Shown here: positions 51,303-60,836 of the stretch, one piece after another
How positions within the stretch are numbered: position 1 is the first letter of the stretch
Layout of the letters: every line of letters begins with the position of its first letter
From: Candidatus Eiseniibacteriota bacterium
GTDB taxonomy: Bacteria > Eisenbacteria > RBG-16-71-46 > JABDJR01
Reading direction: 5' to 3'
Assembly: GCA_963762255.1 (NCBI GenBank)
Contig: CAVXKA010000001.1
Coordinates: 640,001-704,000 of the forward strand
Length of the DNA stretch: 64,000 nt
The notes under the pieces: generated by a model
Database searches by the model: none
What the model saw: the letters and a program-made list of their open reading frames with translations, nothing else
Told to the model about the DNA's origin: nothing
Translations under genes and position numbers: made by a program

Positions 51303-52640
51303 TTACCAGCGATCCAGCAGGTCGAGCACACCTTCCTGACGCAGCAGGGCCATCCCCAAGCGCTGCGTGGAGACGCCTTCGCGCAGAACGAAGTCGAACG
51401 CTGGATTCCCGCCGTCCATCCTGGCAGCGAAGTGAAGCAGGCGGACGCGCGAATCGCCTTCGATCTCGGGAGCCAGCTCCGCGATATGCGAGGCGACCAA
51501 GACCAACGCGTTCGGATGTGCAGCCAAGCGCTTGACCAGAGCGAGGCTTGCTTCAGTCGCATCGTGGACATTGGTTCCGCGGAAGGGCTCGTCGATCACC
51601 GCCACGACTGACTCCAAGCCACCGAGCAGCGTGGCCAGTGCCCTGATGCGGCGAACTTCAGCGAGGTAGAAACTCTCCCCCGCAGCGATGCTGTCCGAGA
51701 TCTGGACACTGGAGAAGAGAGATCGGACCGGTTGAAAGGTCATCGCTATGGCCGGCACCCCACACCCCAGGTGGGCGAGATACGTCGAGAGCGCGAAGGC
51801 CTTCAGGAACGTGGACTTCCCGGCCATGTTCGGCCCGGTCAGAAAGCAAACACGGGTTACTCGATCGAGCGTGATGTCATTGGGGATGCCTCGTTGCCCA
51901 AGGAACGGGTGGGCCAGGCCACGCACGGAGCAAGCACCAGTCGACACAATGGGATACGACCACCCGTGCTCGCGGGTCGCAGCCCCCAGGCTCCACATGG
52001 CCTCAAGCTCGGCGAGTTGCCTGAGAAGATGTTCGAGTAGCGGCTTTCCCGGCCCCCGCGCAACCTGATCAAAAGCCAGAATCGCTGACGCCGTTGACCG
52101 CTCCGGACCGGGGTTCCGCAGGCGCGCGAGGGTGGGAGATTCCGTCGTGGCACGGATCTCGCGTGCATTCGCTCGCACCAACTCGGATGGCGCAGCACCC
52201 AGGAGATCCACGAGCCGTGCCGCCGCGGTGAGCAGCGCGACAACCCGATCACGCCCCCGCTCGGCGTCCCGGAGGAATCGATTCTCGCGCATTCCCATCC
52301 AGACGGCCTCGGCGGCGCGCGCGACACGGGATCGCGACCTGGCAGGCTCCCAGCGGGATCCCAAATACGCACTGACGGCATCGAGTTCGGCGTCGTTCAA
52401 CGCGGCACGAACGGCGTCCGATTCCCCGGCAAGAGTCTGATGCGCAATCTGGAGTTCCACGATCCGTGCGGGGCCCGACACCGGGGTGGAGATGCGCCGA
52501 CGAAGCGACTCCTTGCCAATCCAACTGCGGGTGCGGTCAAGGAGGGCAAAGAGTGTCATCCCCTCGGCGTCGAAACTCGAGAAAACCTCCAGATCTCGCA
52601 ACGTGGAGCTGTCAACGGCCATCACTTCTGCGTTTGTCAC
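51303..52640 (-). CDS. Short MutS-family (domain V) ATPase
   Basis: LTGPNMAGKST, GESFYLAEV, DEPFRGTN and ASH motifs. Confidence 0.88.
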   Translation of the reverse strand: MTNAEVMAVDSSTLRDLEVFSSFDAEGMTLFALLDRTRSWIGKESLRRRISTPVSGPARIVELQIAHQTLAGESDAVRAALNDAELDAVSAYLGSRWEPARSRSRVARAAEAVWMGMRENRFLRDAERGRDRVVALLTAAARLVDLLGAAPSELVRANAREIRATTESPTLARLRNPGPERSTASAILAFDQVARGPGKPLLEHLLRQLAELEAMWSLGAATREHGWSYPIVSTGACSVRGLAHPFLGQRGIPNDITLDRVTRVCFLTGPNMAGKSTFLKAFALSTYLAHLGCGVPAIAMTFQPVRSLFSSVQISDSIAAGESFYLAEVRRIRALATLLGGLESVVAVIDEPFRGTNVHDATEASLALVKRLAAHPNALVLVASHIAELAPEIEGDSRVRLLHFAARMDGGNPAFDFVLREGVSTQRLGMALLRQEGVLDLLDRW

Positions 52641-52650
52641 ATCTTCCCTG

Positions 52651-53835
52651 TCAAGGCTCTTCAACCAGAACACCCCCCAGTGCCGCCAGAAACGCCTCGA
52701 TGTCCGCGCGGTCGATGGTGAGGGCCGGGTCGATCCGCAGCACACTCACGCCGGGGCGGCGACAGGTGATGAAGCCTCGGTGGACCAGCTCGCGGTGCAC
52801 GCGGGTCGTGAACTCGCAGTCGGGGTCATCCACGAGTTCAACCGCCAGCATGAGGCCGCGGGCGCGGATCTCTCGGATGCGCTTCGTGCGCGTCTGGATC
52901 TGCTGGAGTCCGGCCAGAAGGTCCGCTGCGATCTCCCGTCCGCGCTCGATGAGCCCCTCGTCGCGGATGACGGCCAGGACTTCGCGTGCGACCGCCGCGC
53001 CGAGTGGATCGTTCTGGTGTGACTGCCCGTACTTGACCGGCCGGTCTCCAAGCTTCTCCACGACACGCCGGCCAAAGGCGGCCGCGCTGACGGGGTAGCC
53101 GTTGCCGATGCCCTTCCCCGTCGCGACGACGTCCGGCGAGATGCCGTAGTGCTGGTAGCCGAACCAGGCGCCGGTACGCCCGACGCCGGTGGTGACCTCG
53201 TTGACGAGCACGAACCCGCCGTTCTGCTGCACGGTGCGTGCGAGGTTGCTCACCAACGGCTCGGGAGGAAACCGTACGAGACCGGAGGAGCTGCCGGGCT
53301 CGAACAGGAATCCGCCGATCCGATCGAAGGGGATCGCCGCCCAGCGCTCGCAGTGCTCGTCGCACCCGCGCAAGGGCGGGCAGTTCGGGCAGCCCATCCA
53401 GTCGAAGCAATACCACTCGTCCCCGCGCTTGGTGCTGGCCGAGCCATAGGCGCCGAAATAGGAGTCGGTCATGGTCAAGAGGAGCGGTCGCTCGGTCAGC
53501 AACTGCGCCACGCGGACGCCGTACTCGACCGCCTCGCTCCCCGAGCAGAGGAACACGCACTTGCCGCCGTCGAAGCCGAACAGGGAGAGGACCTCGCGCG
53601 CCGCTTCTTCGACGACTGCGCTCGTGTACCCGAACCCGGTGTGTGCGATGCGGGCCGGCTGCTCCGCGAGCACGCGGAGCATGCGAGGGTGCGCGTGGCC
53701 GATCGAGGTGCACCACACGCCGGACTCCAGGTCGACGTAGCGTTTGCCATTGGAGTCGAAGAGGCTGCAGTTCTCGGCCCGAACTATGTCCTCGAGGATC
53801 AGTTCGTGGCCGGGATACCAGAGGAGCCGACTCAC
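52651..53835 (-). CDS. Class III PLP aminotransferase
   Basis: SGSEAVE, EP, NEVTTGVGRTG (N in place of the usual D) and GKGIGNG motifs. Confidence 0.88.
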   Translation of the reverse strand: MSRLLWYPGHELILEDIVRAENCSLFDSNGKRYVDLESGVWCTSIGHAHPRMLRVLAEQPARIAHTGFGYTSAVVEEAAREVLSLFGFDGGKCVFLCSGSEAVEYGVRVAQLLTERPLLLTMTDSYFGAYGSASTKRGDEWYCFDWMGCPNCPPLRGCDEHCERWAAIPFDRIGGFLFEPGSSSGLVRFPPEPLVSNLARTVQQNGGFVLVNEVTTGVGRTGAWFGYQHYGISPDVVATGKGIGNGYPVSAAAFGRRVVEKLGDRPVKYGQSHQNDPLGAAVAREVLAVIRDEGLIERGREIAADLLAGLQQIQTRTKRIREIRARGLMLAVELVDDPDCEFTTRVHRELVHRGFITCRRPGVSVLRIDPALTIDRADIEAFLAALGGVLVEEP

Positions 53836-54392
53836 CGCGGCCAGAGCCAGCCGAAGACCCCCGCGGTCAGAAGTCCGTAGATGAGGCCGTCGATGTTGTT
53901 CTTGATCGTCGTGCTCCACGCGCGCCGGTACCAGATCGAATCCTGCCACTGGGCGATTGCGTAACCGATGAACGCGGTGGCGCCCGCGAAGCGGAAGACG
54001 GCGAGGTAGTCGCCGCCGCGCGCGACAGCGTGGCCGGCGATGTAGGCGGTGAGGATGCTGACGACGACGCAGAAGATGAACCACTGGACGAGGTTCTTCC
54101 CCATCGAGGGCGGACCGGGCTGCAAGAAGGTCATGAGGACAACGGGGCCCTTGGTCAGCTTCTCGACGAAGACGGGGTCCTTCATGCACTTGGGGTCCTG
54201 CGAACTGGGCAGCATGTAGTCCCCGGGCGGGACGTTGAGCTTGCCCAGCGCTTCCCTGGCGGCGTCCTCGTTGGGGATCTTTTTGAAGTCCTTGCGGTGA
54301 AAGGGCAGCACCATGTGGAGCACGAAGCTCGCGAAGAACACGATCACCGCGGACACGAGAATCGGGAGCCACAGGGAGAAGAGCGAAACCAT
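53832..54392 (-). CDS. Four-TM membrane protein
   Basis: AAGGAGG RBS; hydrophobic helices; GTGA overlap with the next gene. Confidence 0.75.
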   Translation of the reverse strand: MVSLFSLWLPILVSAVIVFFASFVLHMVLPFHRKDFKKIPNEDAAREALGKLNVPPGDYMLPSSQDPKCMKDPVFVEKLTKGPVVLMTFLQPGPPSMGKNLVQWFIFCVVVSILTAYIAGHAVARGGDYLAVFRFAGATAFIGYAIAQWQDSIWYRRAWSTTIKNNIDGLIYGLLTAGVFGWLWPR

Positions 54393-54469
54393 GGGCACCT
54401 CCTTGTCGGTGTACCGGTCAACGGGATGGGGTAGGGGTCATTGGCGGGGCAGTATACCGCGAAGAAGGA

Positions 54470-55408
54470 TCAGGGATTGGCCGGCCCGCGGGACTGCCAG
54501 GGGCCTCCGGGGGGCCAGGTTCCTGTGACTCCCCTGCCGGTCCGCAGATCTTCCAGGACTGGCAGGAGAAGAGGGCGAATCACTTCGAGCAGATCATTCT
54601 CGGGGCTGCTTCCCACGGAAAGGTGGGCGCGACGCGCGAAGGCGCGGAGCTGGGGCGCGCGCGAGGGGTTCCGCCAATAGTCCTCGGTGAGGCCGAACGG
54701 CGCTTGCTCGGGGATCGGTGTGGCTCGTCGTCCGAGAGTGCGGCGAATCGCCTCCACCAGCGTCACCCTGTCGAATGAGAAGTGGCCTGCCAGGTAGTGC
54801 AGGTCGAAGTAGTCCTTGATGCGGCTGTTGCGGTCCCCAAGAACGATCATTGCCTCGAGCTTCTCCGCGATCACGGCTTCGGGCGGATAGGCAAGCACAC
54901 TGGGGGCAGGAAAGCCCAGGAGGGTGGGATAGTCGCGTCGTTCCGGGGCGGGCCAAACGGCGTCGCCAACACCGATGTCGACCTGCATCGGAATCCGCGC
55001 TCTTTCGCAGGTAGCCACCATGATCACCCGGGTGCCCGCGAAATCTTCTTCCGGTCGAATGGGTTCCAGTCGAATCGTCCCGGTCTCGAATACCAATCCG
55101 TCGGGATCCACCGGCACCCTCAAGACAACCTCTAGTTCTCCACGGACCGCCTCGACCGAACTTGGGCCTTGCCTCAGGAGGTCAAGGTCTCTCGTCGCAC
55201 GGTAGGGGCGCTCCGCCCAGAGTCGCAGCAGCGTAGCCCCCTTCAGGACGAAGCGGTCGCGGGAAGGCGAGATCCCAAGCCGGTATAGAAACCGCTCCTG
55301 CGCGAACGCTGAGAGAAGCACCTGGTAGTCTTCTCCCGTCCGGCGGGATAGCTCTAGCAGGCGAGCCAGCACCGACGCCGCGAGATTGCGCTTGTCGGGC
55401 AGGCTCAC
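54470..55408 (-). CDS. abiEii: AbiEii nucleotidyltransferase toxin (type IV TA)
   Basis: FVLKGATLL...RATRDLD, EKLEA and NSRIKDYFD motifs. Confidence 0.9.
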   Translation of the reverse strand: MSLPDKRNLAASVLARLLELSRRTGEDYQVLLSAFAQERFLYRLGISPSRDRFVLKGATLLRLWAERPYRATRDLDLLRQGPSSVEAVRGELEVVLRVPVDPDGLVFETGTIRLEPIRPEEDFAGTRVIMVATCERARIPMQVDIGVGDAVWPAPERRDYPTLLGFPAPSVLAYPPEAVIAEKLEAMIVLGDRNSRIKDYFDLHYLAGHFSFDRVTLVEAIRRTLGRRATPIPEQAPFGLTEDYWRNPSRAPQLRAFARRAHLSVGSSPENDLLEVIRPLLLPVLEDLRTGRGVTGTWPPGGPWQSRGPANP

Positions 55409-56010
55409 GTTATCGCGTCCAGGTAGGGTTGCATGATCCTCCGCACGCGGCAGACTTGCGCGAAGTGTGCAAGGTCGCCGGCCTTTCCCCGATGGTCCCG
55501 CGTGAAGTCCTTGAGGGCTTCGATGGCAACATCCACGCCAACCTTGTTGCGGTGCTTGAAGCAGTCGGCAACCGTCTTGGCCGGGGAGTAGACCCGTACC
55601 GTCACCCCTTCGATGAGGTGCGTCTCGATGCCTTCGGTCAGAGCGGCGCCGGAGAAGCGGACGACTCGGAGCTGGGGATAATCGAGCTGGGGGCGCCGCG
55701 CCTTGTCCGGCAGGGCAATCCAGACCTGCCACGGCAGTTGCGTGGTGAGATCGTGAAACCGAAGCGCTGTGAGCAGGCAAATCACCGCGTCGGGCACTCG
55801 CTTGGCAACAAGCACCAGCCCATGGTTCTCGGTGAGCGGATGATCGGAAACCACGTAGAGTCCCCGTCCCTGCCGCTCCAGAAGGCCCTTGTCCGCCAGT
55901 CGATAGAGATGCGCCCGGGAGATCCCGTGGGTCTTCAGATCCCGGGGGCGGACGACGCCAAGTCGGCGGACGAGCGCGAGAAGTCGACGATCGAAGGGTG
56001 TGATGGCCAT
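55405..56010 (-). CDS. abiEi: AbiEi antitoxin/transcription regulator
   Basis: N-terminal wHTH (GRGLY), CLLTALRFH and KTVADCFK.RNKVG motifs. Confidence 0.9.
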   Translation of the reverse strand: MAITPFDRRLLALVRRLGVVRPRDLKTHGISRAHLYRLADKGLLERQGRGLYVVSDHPLTENHGLVLVAKRVPDAVICLLTALRFHDLTTQLPWQVWIALPDKARRPQLDYPQLRVVRFSGAALTEGIETHLIEGVTVRVYSPAKTVADCFKHRNKVGVDVAIEALKDFTRDHRGKAGDLAHFAQVCRVRRIMQPYLDAIT

Positions 56011-56022
56011 GGACCGGATGAT

Positions 56023-56043
56023 ACATAACGTAGGTGGTTATGT
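56023..56043. promoter_or_regulatory. Inverted repeat in the abiE promoter
   Basis: ACATAAC-N7-GTTATGT between minus-strand TTGCAC and TATCAT. Confidence 0.6.
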
Positions 56044-56110
56044 GCAACTACCAACGTTTTGATACATCAACACCCGGTTACGCTACCGCAAACCACTGTA
56101 AACAAATAAG

Positions 56111-57313
56111 TTAAGCGGTTGGCGCGGCCAACAAGAGAGTGCGTAATGCCGCCAGCAGCGCGTCCACGTCGCCGGCGGTGTTGTAGCCTTGGATGGAGAC
56201 GCGGATGTAGGGGCGGCCGTTCCATGTGAGGCACGGGATCTCGACGCGGTGCTCCTCGATCAGGCGCGATTGGAAGGCGGCGACATCGCCCACGGGGGGA
56301 AGCGGCGCCGCGGCCATCTGGTGGTAGAAGCGGGGCGCGTCCTGGTCGTCCGCTGATACGCCAGCGTCGGCCGGATAGATGGGCGGGAGGCCGGTGATCT
56401 CGGAGATACCCGCAACCGCTCGGCGCACGAGCGCGTGACAGCCTTGGCGCACCGCGTCCCAATCGTGCTCGCGCTGGAACGCGATGGCGGCAGGCACCGA
56501 GAGGTAGGCGGACTGATCGATGGTGCCCGGCCATTGCAGGTTGTCGAGGAACCGCGAGCCGCTGTCGAACGGGTTGTTGTCGCCGATGCCCCAGCTCACG
56601 ACCGAGGGCACGAGATCCGCTTGCAGGTCGCGCCGCGTATAGAGGAACCCCGCGCTCTTGGGTGCACAGAGCCACTTGTGGCAGTTGCCTGTGTAGTAGT
56701 CGGCCTGGAGTGCGGTCAGGTCGAGCGGGATCTGCCCGGGGCCGTGCGCGCCGTCGATCATGGTGAGAATGCCCGCCTCGCGGGCGCGCCGGCAGAGGGC
56801 CTCGACAGGAAGCCTCAAAGCGGTCGGCGACGTGATGTGGCTCGCGAAGATGAGCTTTGTGCTCGCCGTGACGCCGGACCAGATCGTTTCGAGCATCGCG
56901 TCCTGCGTCGTAGCCGGGAGCGGGATTACCTTGCGGACGACGGCCGCCTTCGCGCGGCACGCCACCAGGTTCAACACGTTGTCGCAAGCGCCGTATTCGT
57001 GATCGGTGGTGAGGATCTCGTCACCCGGTTGGAGCCGCATCGAGCGCGCCACGATGTTCACGGCGGCGGTGGCATTCGGAACGAACGCGAGATCATCGGC
57101 GGGGGCGTTGACGTATGCGCCCAGCGCCTCGCGCGCGATGCGAAGTTCGTTCATCAGTTCGCGCTGGAAGAACCGGACGGGCTGACGTTCGAGGCGACGC
57201 TGCCACTCCTGATAGACCTCGAAGACCGGTCGCGGGGTCGCGCCGAACGAGCCGTGGTTGAGGAAGACGACGTCGGGGTCGAGGAGGAAGAGATCTCGAA
57301 GGTTCTCGTGCAT
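56111..57313 (-). CDS. Class V PLP enzyme (isopenicillin N epimerase/C-S lyase-like)
   Basis: LNHGSFG, DGAH and GNCHKWLCAPK motifs. Confidence 0.88.
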   Translation of the reverse strand: MHENLRDLFLLDPDVVFLNHGSFGATPRPVFEVYQEWQRRLERQPVRFFQRELMNELRIAREALGAYVNAPADDLAFVPNATAAVNIVARSMRLQPGDEILTTDHEYGACDNVLNLVACRAKAAVVRKVIPLPATTQDAMLETIWSGVTASTKLIFASHITSPTALRLPVEALCRRAREAGILTMIDGAHGPGQIPLDLTALQADYYTGNCHKWLCAPKSAGFLYTRRDLQADLVPSVVSWGIGDNNPFDSGSRFLDNLQWPGTIDQSAYLSVPAAIAFQREHDWDAVRQGCHALVRRAVAGISEITGLPPIYPADAGVSADDQDAPRFYHQMAAAPLPPVGDVAAFQSRLIEEHRVEIPCLTWNGRPYIRVSIQGYNTAGDVDALLAALRTLLLAAPTA

Positions 57314-57320
57314 GCTCCCC

Positions 57321-58142
57321 TCAGTGCTCGTGGGGATTGGCCACCGGGGCCGGCACCGGCGCTCTTGAATAGACGAAAATGTACATGGCGGGCCGATCGG
57401 AGAGATTCCGGATCGCGTGCCGCATCGCGGGCGGGATGTGGGTCATCTCTCCGGGGCGCAGGTCCACCTGCCCGTAATCGGAGCGGATCACGGTCACGGT
57501 TCCCTCCAGACAGAAGATCAACTCGCGGGTCTTTCCCGTCGAATGGGTCTCCGTGCTGTCGCCCGGTGCCAGGATCTTGCGACCGGTGCCGAAGCCCTCG
57601 GCCTCGAACTCCACGTTGGCGAGATCGAGCCGGTCGGTCTGGGCTAGGGGAATATCGAGCGCCGGCGGCGGCGTTCCCTTCTCATCGGTGAGGCTGACCG
57701 CGCGGGCGGTGATACGTTGGATGAGCGAGAACTCAGGAACCGGCTTGCCGGCCCTGAATGAGTGGCCTTGCCAGTGGGCGAGGCGCGCGGCCGGGTACAC
57801 CTTGCGGTAGAACATTCCCTCGACGACGGCGTGCGCACCGGCGCAGTCCGTGGGAAAGAGGTGGATCAACTCGGGGAAGTTCACCACCACGCCTTCGCCG
57901 CCTTCCTCCGGGACAACCTCGATGAAGCACCCCTCGTTGGTGCACACCGAGGCCACGATCCCCTCGATCCGCACTTGCCGGTTGAAGTGGAGTTCTGGAT
58001 GCGCGATCAGATCGCCGATGGCAGTAGAGTCCGAGAGCGCGAACTCCTCACCAAGGTGTGTGTACGACGTGTCGGCCTGCGCGCCGTCGTGCAAGGCGGC
58101 GAGTGCCGCCGACACGAACACCACGAACCTCACGAGCCGCAT
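57321..58142 (-). CDS. Secreted DUF4920-like OB domain fused to a cupin domain
   Basis: Signal peptide; VRIEG.V.SVC...GCF; C-terminal LRPGE..HIPPAMRHAIRN. Confidence 0.65.
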   Translation of the reverse strand: MRLVRFVVFVSAALAALHDGAQADTSYTHLGEEFALSDSTAIGDLIAHPELHFNRQVRIEGIVASVCTNEGCFIEVVPEEGGEGVVVNFPELIHLFPTDCAGAHAVVEGMFYRKVYPAARLAHWQGHSFRAGKPVPEFSLIQRITARAVSLTDEKGTPPPALDIPLAQTDRLDLANVEFEAEGFGTGRKILAPGDSTETHSTGKTRELIFCLEGTVTVIRSDYGQVDLRPGEMTHIPPAMRHAIRNLSDRPAMYIFVYSRAPVPAPVANPHEH

Positions 58143-58228
58143 GTTGCCCCTCCATCTCCGGGCCTTCGCGAAATCCACCTCGGCATCGAAGGCAAAGAAG
58201 AGCGGCGCGCAGATGGACGGGATCCTGG

Positions 58229-59503
58229 TCAGGTGACTGAGGGCGGCGAGCCGGTCCTTGATGGACCCTCCCGCGGGCTTTCATCCACCAACTCCACCCC
58301 CCCCAACTCCCTCTTCACCCCCTCCACCGCCTTCAGCTCCTTGAGCTTCTCCCCCGCCGGTACAACGCGCTTTTCGAACGACCCCACCGCGCTGTTATAC
58401 GCGTCCACCGCCGTCCCCAGCCCGCGCCCCACCTTCCCCAGATGCTCCGCGAACACCGCGGTGCGTTCATACAACTCCCGCGCCGCGGACGCGATGTGCT
58501 CCGCGTTCTCCGCCAGCGCGCGCTGCTGCCAGTAGATGGCCACCGTTCGCAACAGCGCGACCAGCGTCGTGGGCGTAGCCAGCAACACCTTGGATCGCAG
58601 CGCCTCGACCTGTAGATCGGGCGAACGCGAGAAGGCAGCAGACAGGAACGGATCCCCGGGCAGGAACAGCACCACCAGGTCCACGTCTCCCTTGAGTTCG
58701 CGCGCGTACTCGCGCCCGGCCAGCGCCTTAACATGCGCCTTGAGCGCAGCGACGTGGCGGTCCAGCGCCGCACCGCGCGCCGCCTCGTCCGTTGCCTCCG
58801 CCGCTTCCAGGTATGCGCTCAAAGGCACCTTGGAGTCGACCGCGATGAACCGCCCGCCCGGCAGCCGCACCGTCATGTCAGGCCGCCCGCCGGAGGACAC
58901 CGTCTCCTGCTCCTCGAAGTCGCAGTGCTCGGTCATGCCGGCGAGCTCTGCGACATTCCTCAACGCGATCTCCCCCCATCGCCCACGCACCTGCGAGCCG
59001 CGTAGCGCCGTGGCCAAAGAAGTTGTCTGCGTCTGCAACGTTGACGTCAGCTCGGAGAGCCCTTTGACCTGCTGCATCAAGGTCGCGTAGGCACCCTCGC
59101 GCTTGGTCTCCAACTCCCCCGTCCGCGTCTCGAGCTTGCCCAGCGTCTCGCGCAAGGGCTTGAGCATCTCTTCGATCGCCGTCCGCCGCGCATCCAGATC
59201 CGCGGTCGCCTCGGAGCGCGCCTGCCCCAACCGCGTCGCCGCCAGTTCGAGGAACTGCTTCGTGGTCCCGTCCAGCGCCTGCGCCGCCAGCGCCTTGAAC
59301 GCATTCTCGAGATCGCGCCGCGATGCCTCGACGAATCCCTGTTGATCCGCCAACACCTTCTGCGCGTTCTCGAGCTGCGAGCGCGTCACCGCTTCGCGCG
59401 ACATCGCGGTGGCCTCGCGCGAGCGCGCCCAGAAGTACGTGATGAGAAAGGCCAGCAGGGCGCCGGCCGCAAAGACGGCGAAGAGGACGGGGAGTCCGTT
59501 CAT
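58229..59503 (-). CDS. rmuC: DNA recombination protein RmuC
   Basis: RGRWGE, RPD..V.LP...VDSK, FLPGD and TPTTL motifs. Confidence 0.92.
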   Translation of the reverse strand: MNGLPVLFAVFAAGALLAFLITYFWARSREATAMSREAVTRSQLENAQKVLADQQGFVEASRRDLENAFKALAAQALDGTTKQFLELAATRLGQARSEATADLDARRTAIEEMLKPLRETLGKLETRTGELETKREGAYATLMQQVKGLSELTSTLQTQTTSLATALRGSQVRGRWGEIALRNVAELAGMTEHCDFEEQETVSSGGRPDMTVRLPGGRFIAVDSKVPLSAYLEAAEATDEAARGAALDRHVAALKAHVKALAGREYARELKGDVDLVVLFLPGDPFLSAAFSRSPDLQVEALRSKVLLATPTTLVALLRTVAIYWQQRALAENAEHIASAARELYERTAVFAEHLGKVGRGLGTAVDAYNSAVGSFEKRVVPAGEKLKELKAVEGVKRELGGVELVDESPREGPSRTGSPPSVT

Positions 59504-59894
59504 GGTCTGGTTGCTGCCTTCTTTGGGGCTGAGGTCCGCGCAAGGCGGGGAGAGCGGCCGCCCGCCGCAGTTTACGCGTTTGCGCTCCCCCGACAATGGG
59601 CAATTGGCCGTCGGTTCCGGCGCCTTGTCCGGGCCGGTGCTGCCGGCCTGGCCGGCTCGAAACGCCCCCACCCGGCCTCTTCTGCGACCCGCGGCATTTT
59701 AACAAAAATTTCATTGACTCATGTGGAAAAACGAGGGAATGTGGCGCATGAACAGCAGTGGGCAATGGTTACGATTGGAATCGTAACCGTCTCAAAAATG
59801 AGACATTAGGGGCTAGACCCTGTTTGCGACAGTCGTACAGTGATATATTGCTGATAGCAAACGAAGCGACCCGGATTTGCCTATGCTGACGCTG

Positions 59895-60140
59895 AGGAGA
59901 CAAGAAACTCCAGGGAAGACCGAACCCGCGCCGGTGGAACCCGGGTTCCTCGGCGCGGCGCTCGGCGGGGGCCCGACCCGCGAAAGGGGTCGGGCGTCCG
60001 GCAAGGACTGAGTAGAGCGTAGACGAGTCAGTTGGGTAGGCCGCACCGGGGGGAGTGTGTCGGGATTGCAGGGTAGCCTGCAGTCCTGGGGGAACGCACC
60101 TCCCCCCGGTGACGGACTCCAGCGCGTCGCCGGGCGTGCC
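59895..60140 (+). ncRNA. Candidate structured ncRNA E (unknown family)
   Basis: Stems 59926-34/59950-58, 59959-67/60128-36, 59971-79/59987-95, 60044-55/60100-11 (12 bp) and 60062-72/60077-87; AT-rich promoter-like region upstream. Confidence 0.55.
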
Positions 60141-60167
60141 GCCGGATCGCAAGGCCTCGAACCGCGC

Positions 60168-60641
60168 TCACGGCCGGATCGAGAAATCCCCGATCTGCGG
60201 CCGCACCAGCTCCACATAGTCGTCGTGCTTGATGCGCACCACGTCCTCGTGGGTGCCCGCGTTGAACGTGATCCACCCCTGCGACGACATATCCTTGCAG
60301 AGATAAACCGGGATCCCATAGAGATTGCCGAACGGCGGCTCCGCGCCCACCGCGCAGTCGGGGCACATCTTGAGGATTTCGTCCTCCGTCGCGAGGCGGA
60401 TCTTCTCGCACCCGATGTACGCCCGCAGCTTCTCGATGCTCACCTTGTAGTGGGCGGGCAGCACCGCCATCACGAACCCGTCCTCGACCTTGAACAGCAC
60501 CGCCTTTGCGAACTGGCTCCCCGGAGTCGCGGTGTCGGCGGCGGTCTCCTGCGCCGTGTAGTCGCGGCGATGGTGGATGGTCTGATAGTGAATGTTGCGC
60601 TCGTCCAGGTAGTCGCGAAGCCTCGAGATCATGGTGGCCAT
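60168..60641 (-). CDS. YbaK/EbsC-family aminoacyl-tRNA deacylase
   Basis: FAKAVL, RLATE, GAEPPFG and FNAGTH motifs. Confidence 0.9.
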   Translation of the reverse strand: MATMISRLRDYLDERNIHYQTIHHRRDYTAQETAADTATPGSQFAKAVLFKVEDGFVMAVLPAHYKVSIEKLRAYIGCEKIRLATEDEILKMCPDCAVGAEPPFGNLYGIPVYLCKDMSSQGWITFNAGTHEDVVRIKHDDYVELVRPQIGDFSIRP

Positions 60642-60836
60642 GGCGCACTCACCTGCCTTTCGTCCGATGGACACAGGGGTGCCAGGAGGGGAGCCGGGCG
60701 AGTCGAGGATGCGGGGGGTGCCGTACCGAGACGTGCCTCTATTCATAGCAGCCTCGGCGCCGCGGCTCAAGCCGGCGTTGCGGTTCCCGGCCGTCCGGGC
60801 GGAGAATCCCACTGGTTCGCCTTGAAAGGAGCTTCC

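Noticed and set aside
59911-59945. AGGGAA...CCGGTGGAACCCGG resembling a cobalamin riboswitch
   Set aside because: No GCCACTG/GGGAAGG or B12-box elements, and no downstream same-strand gene
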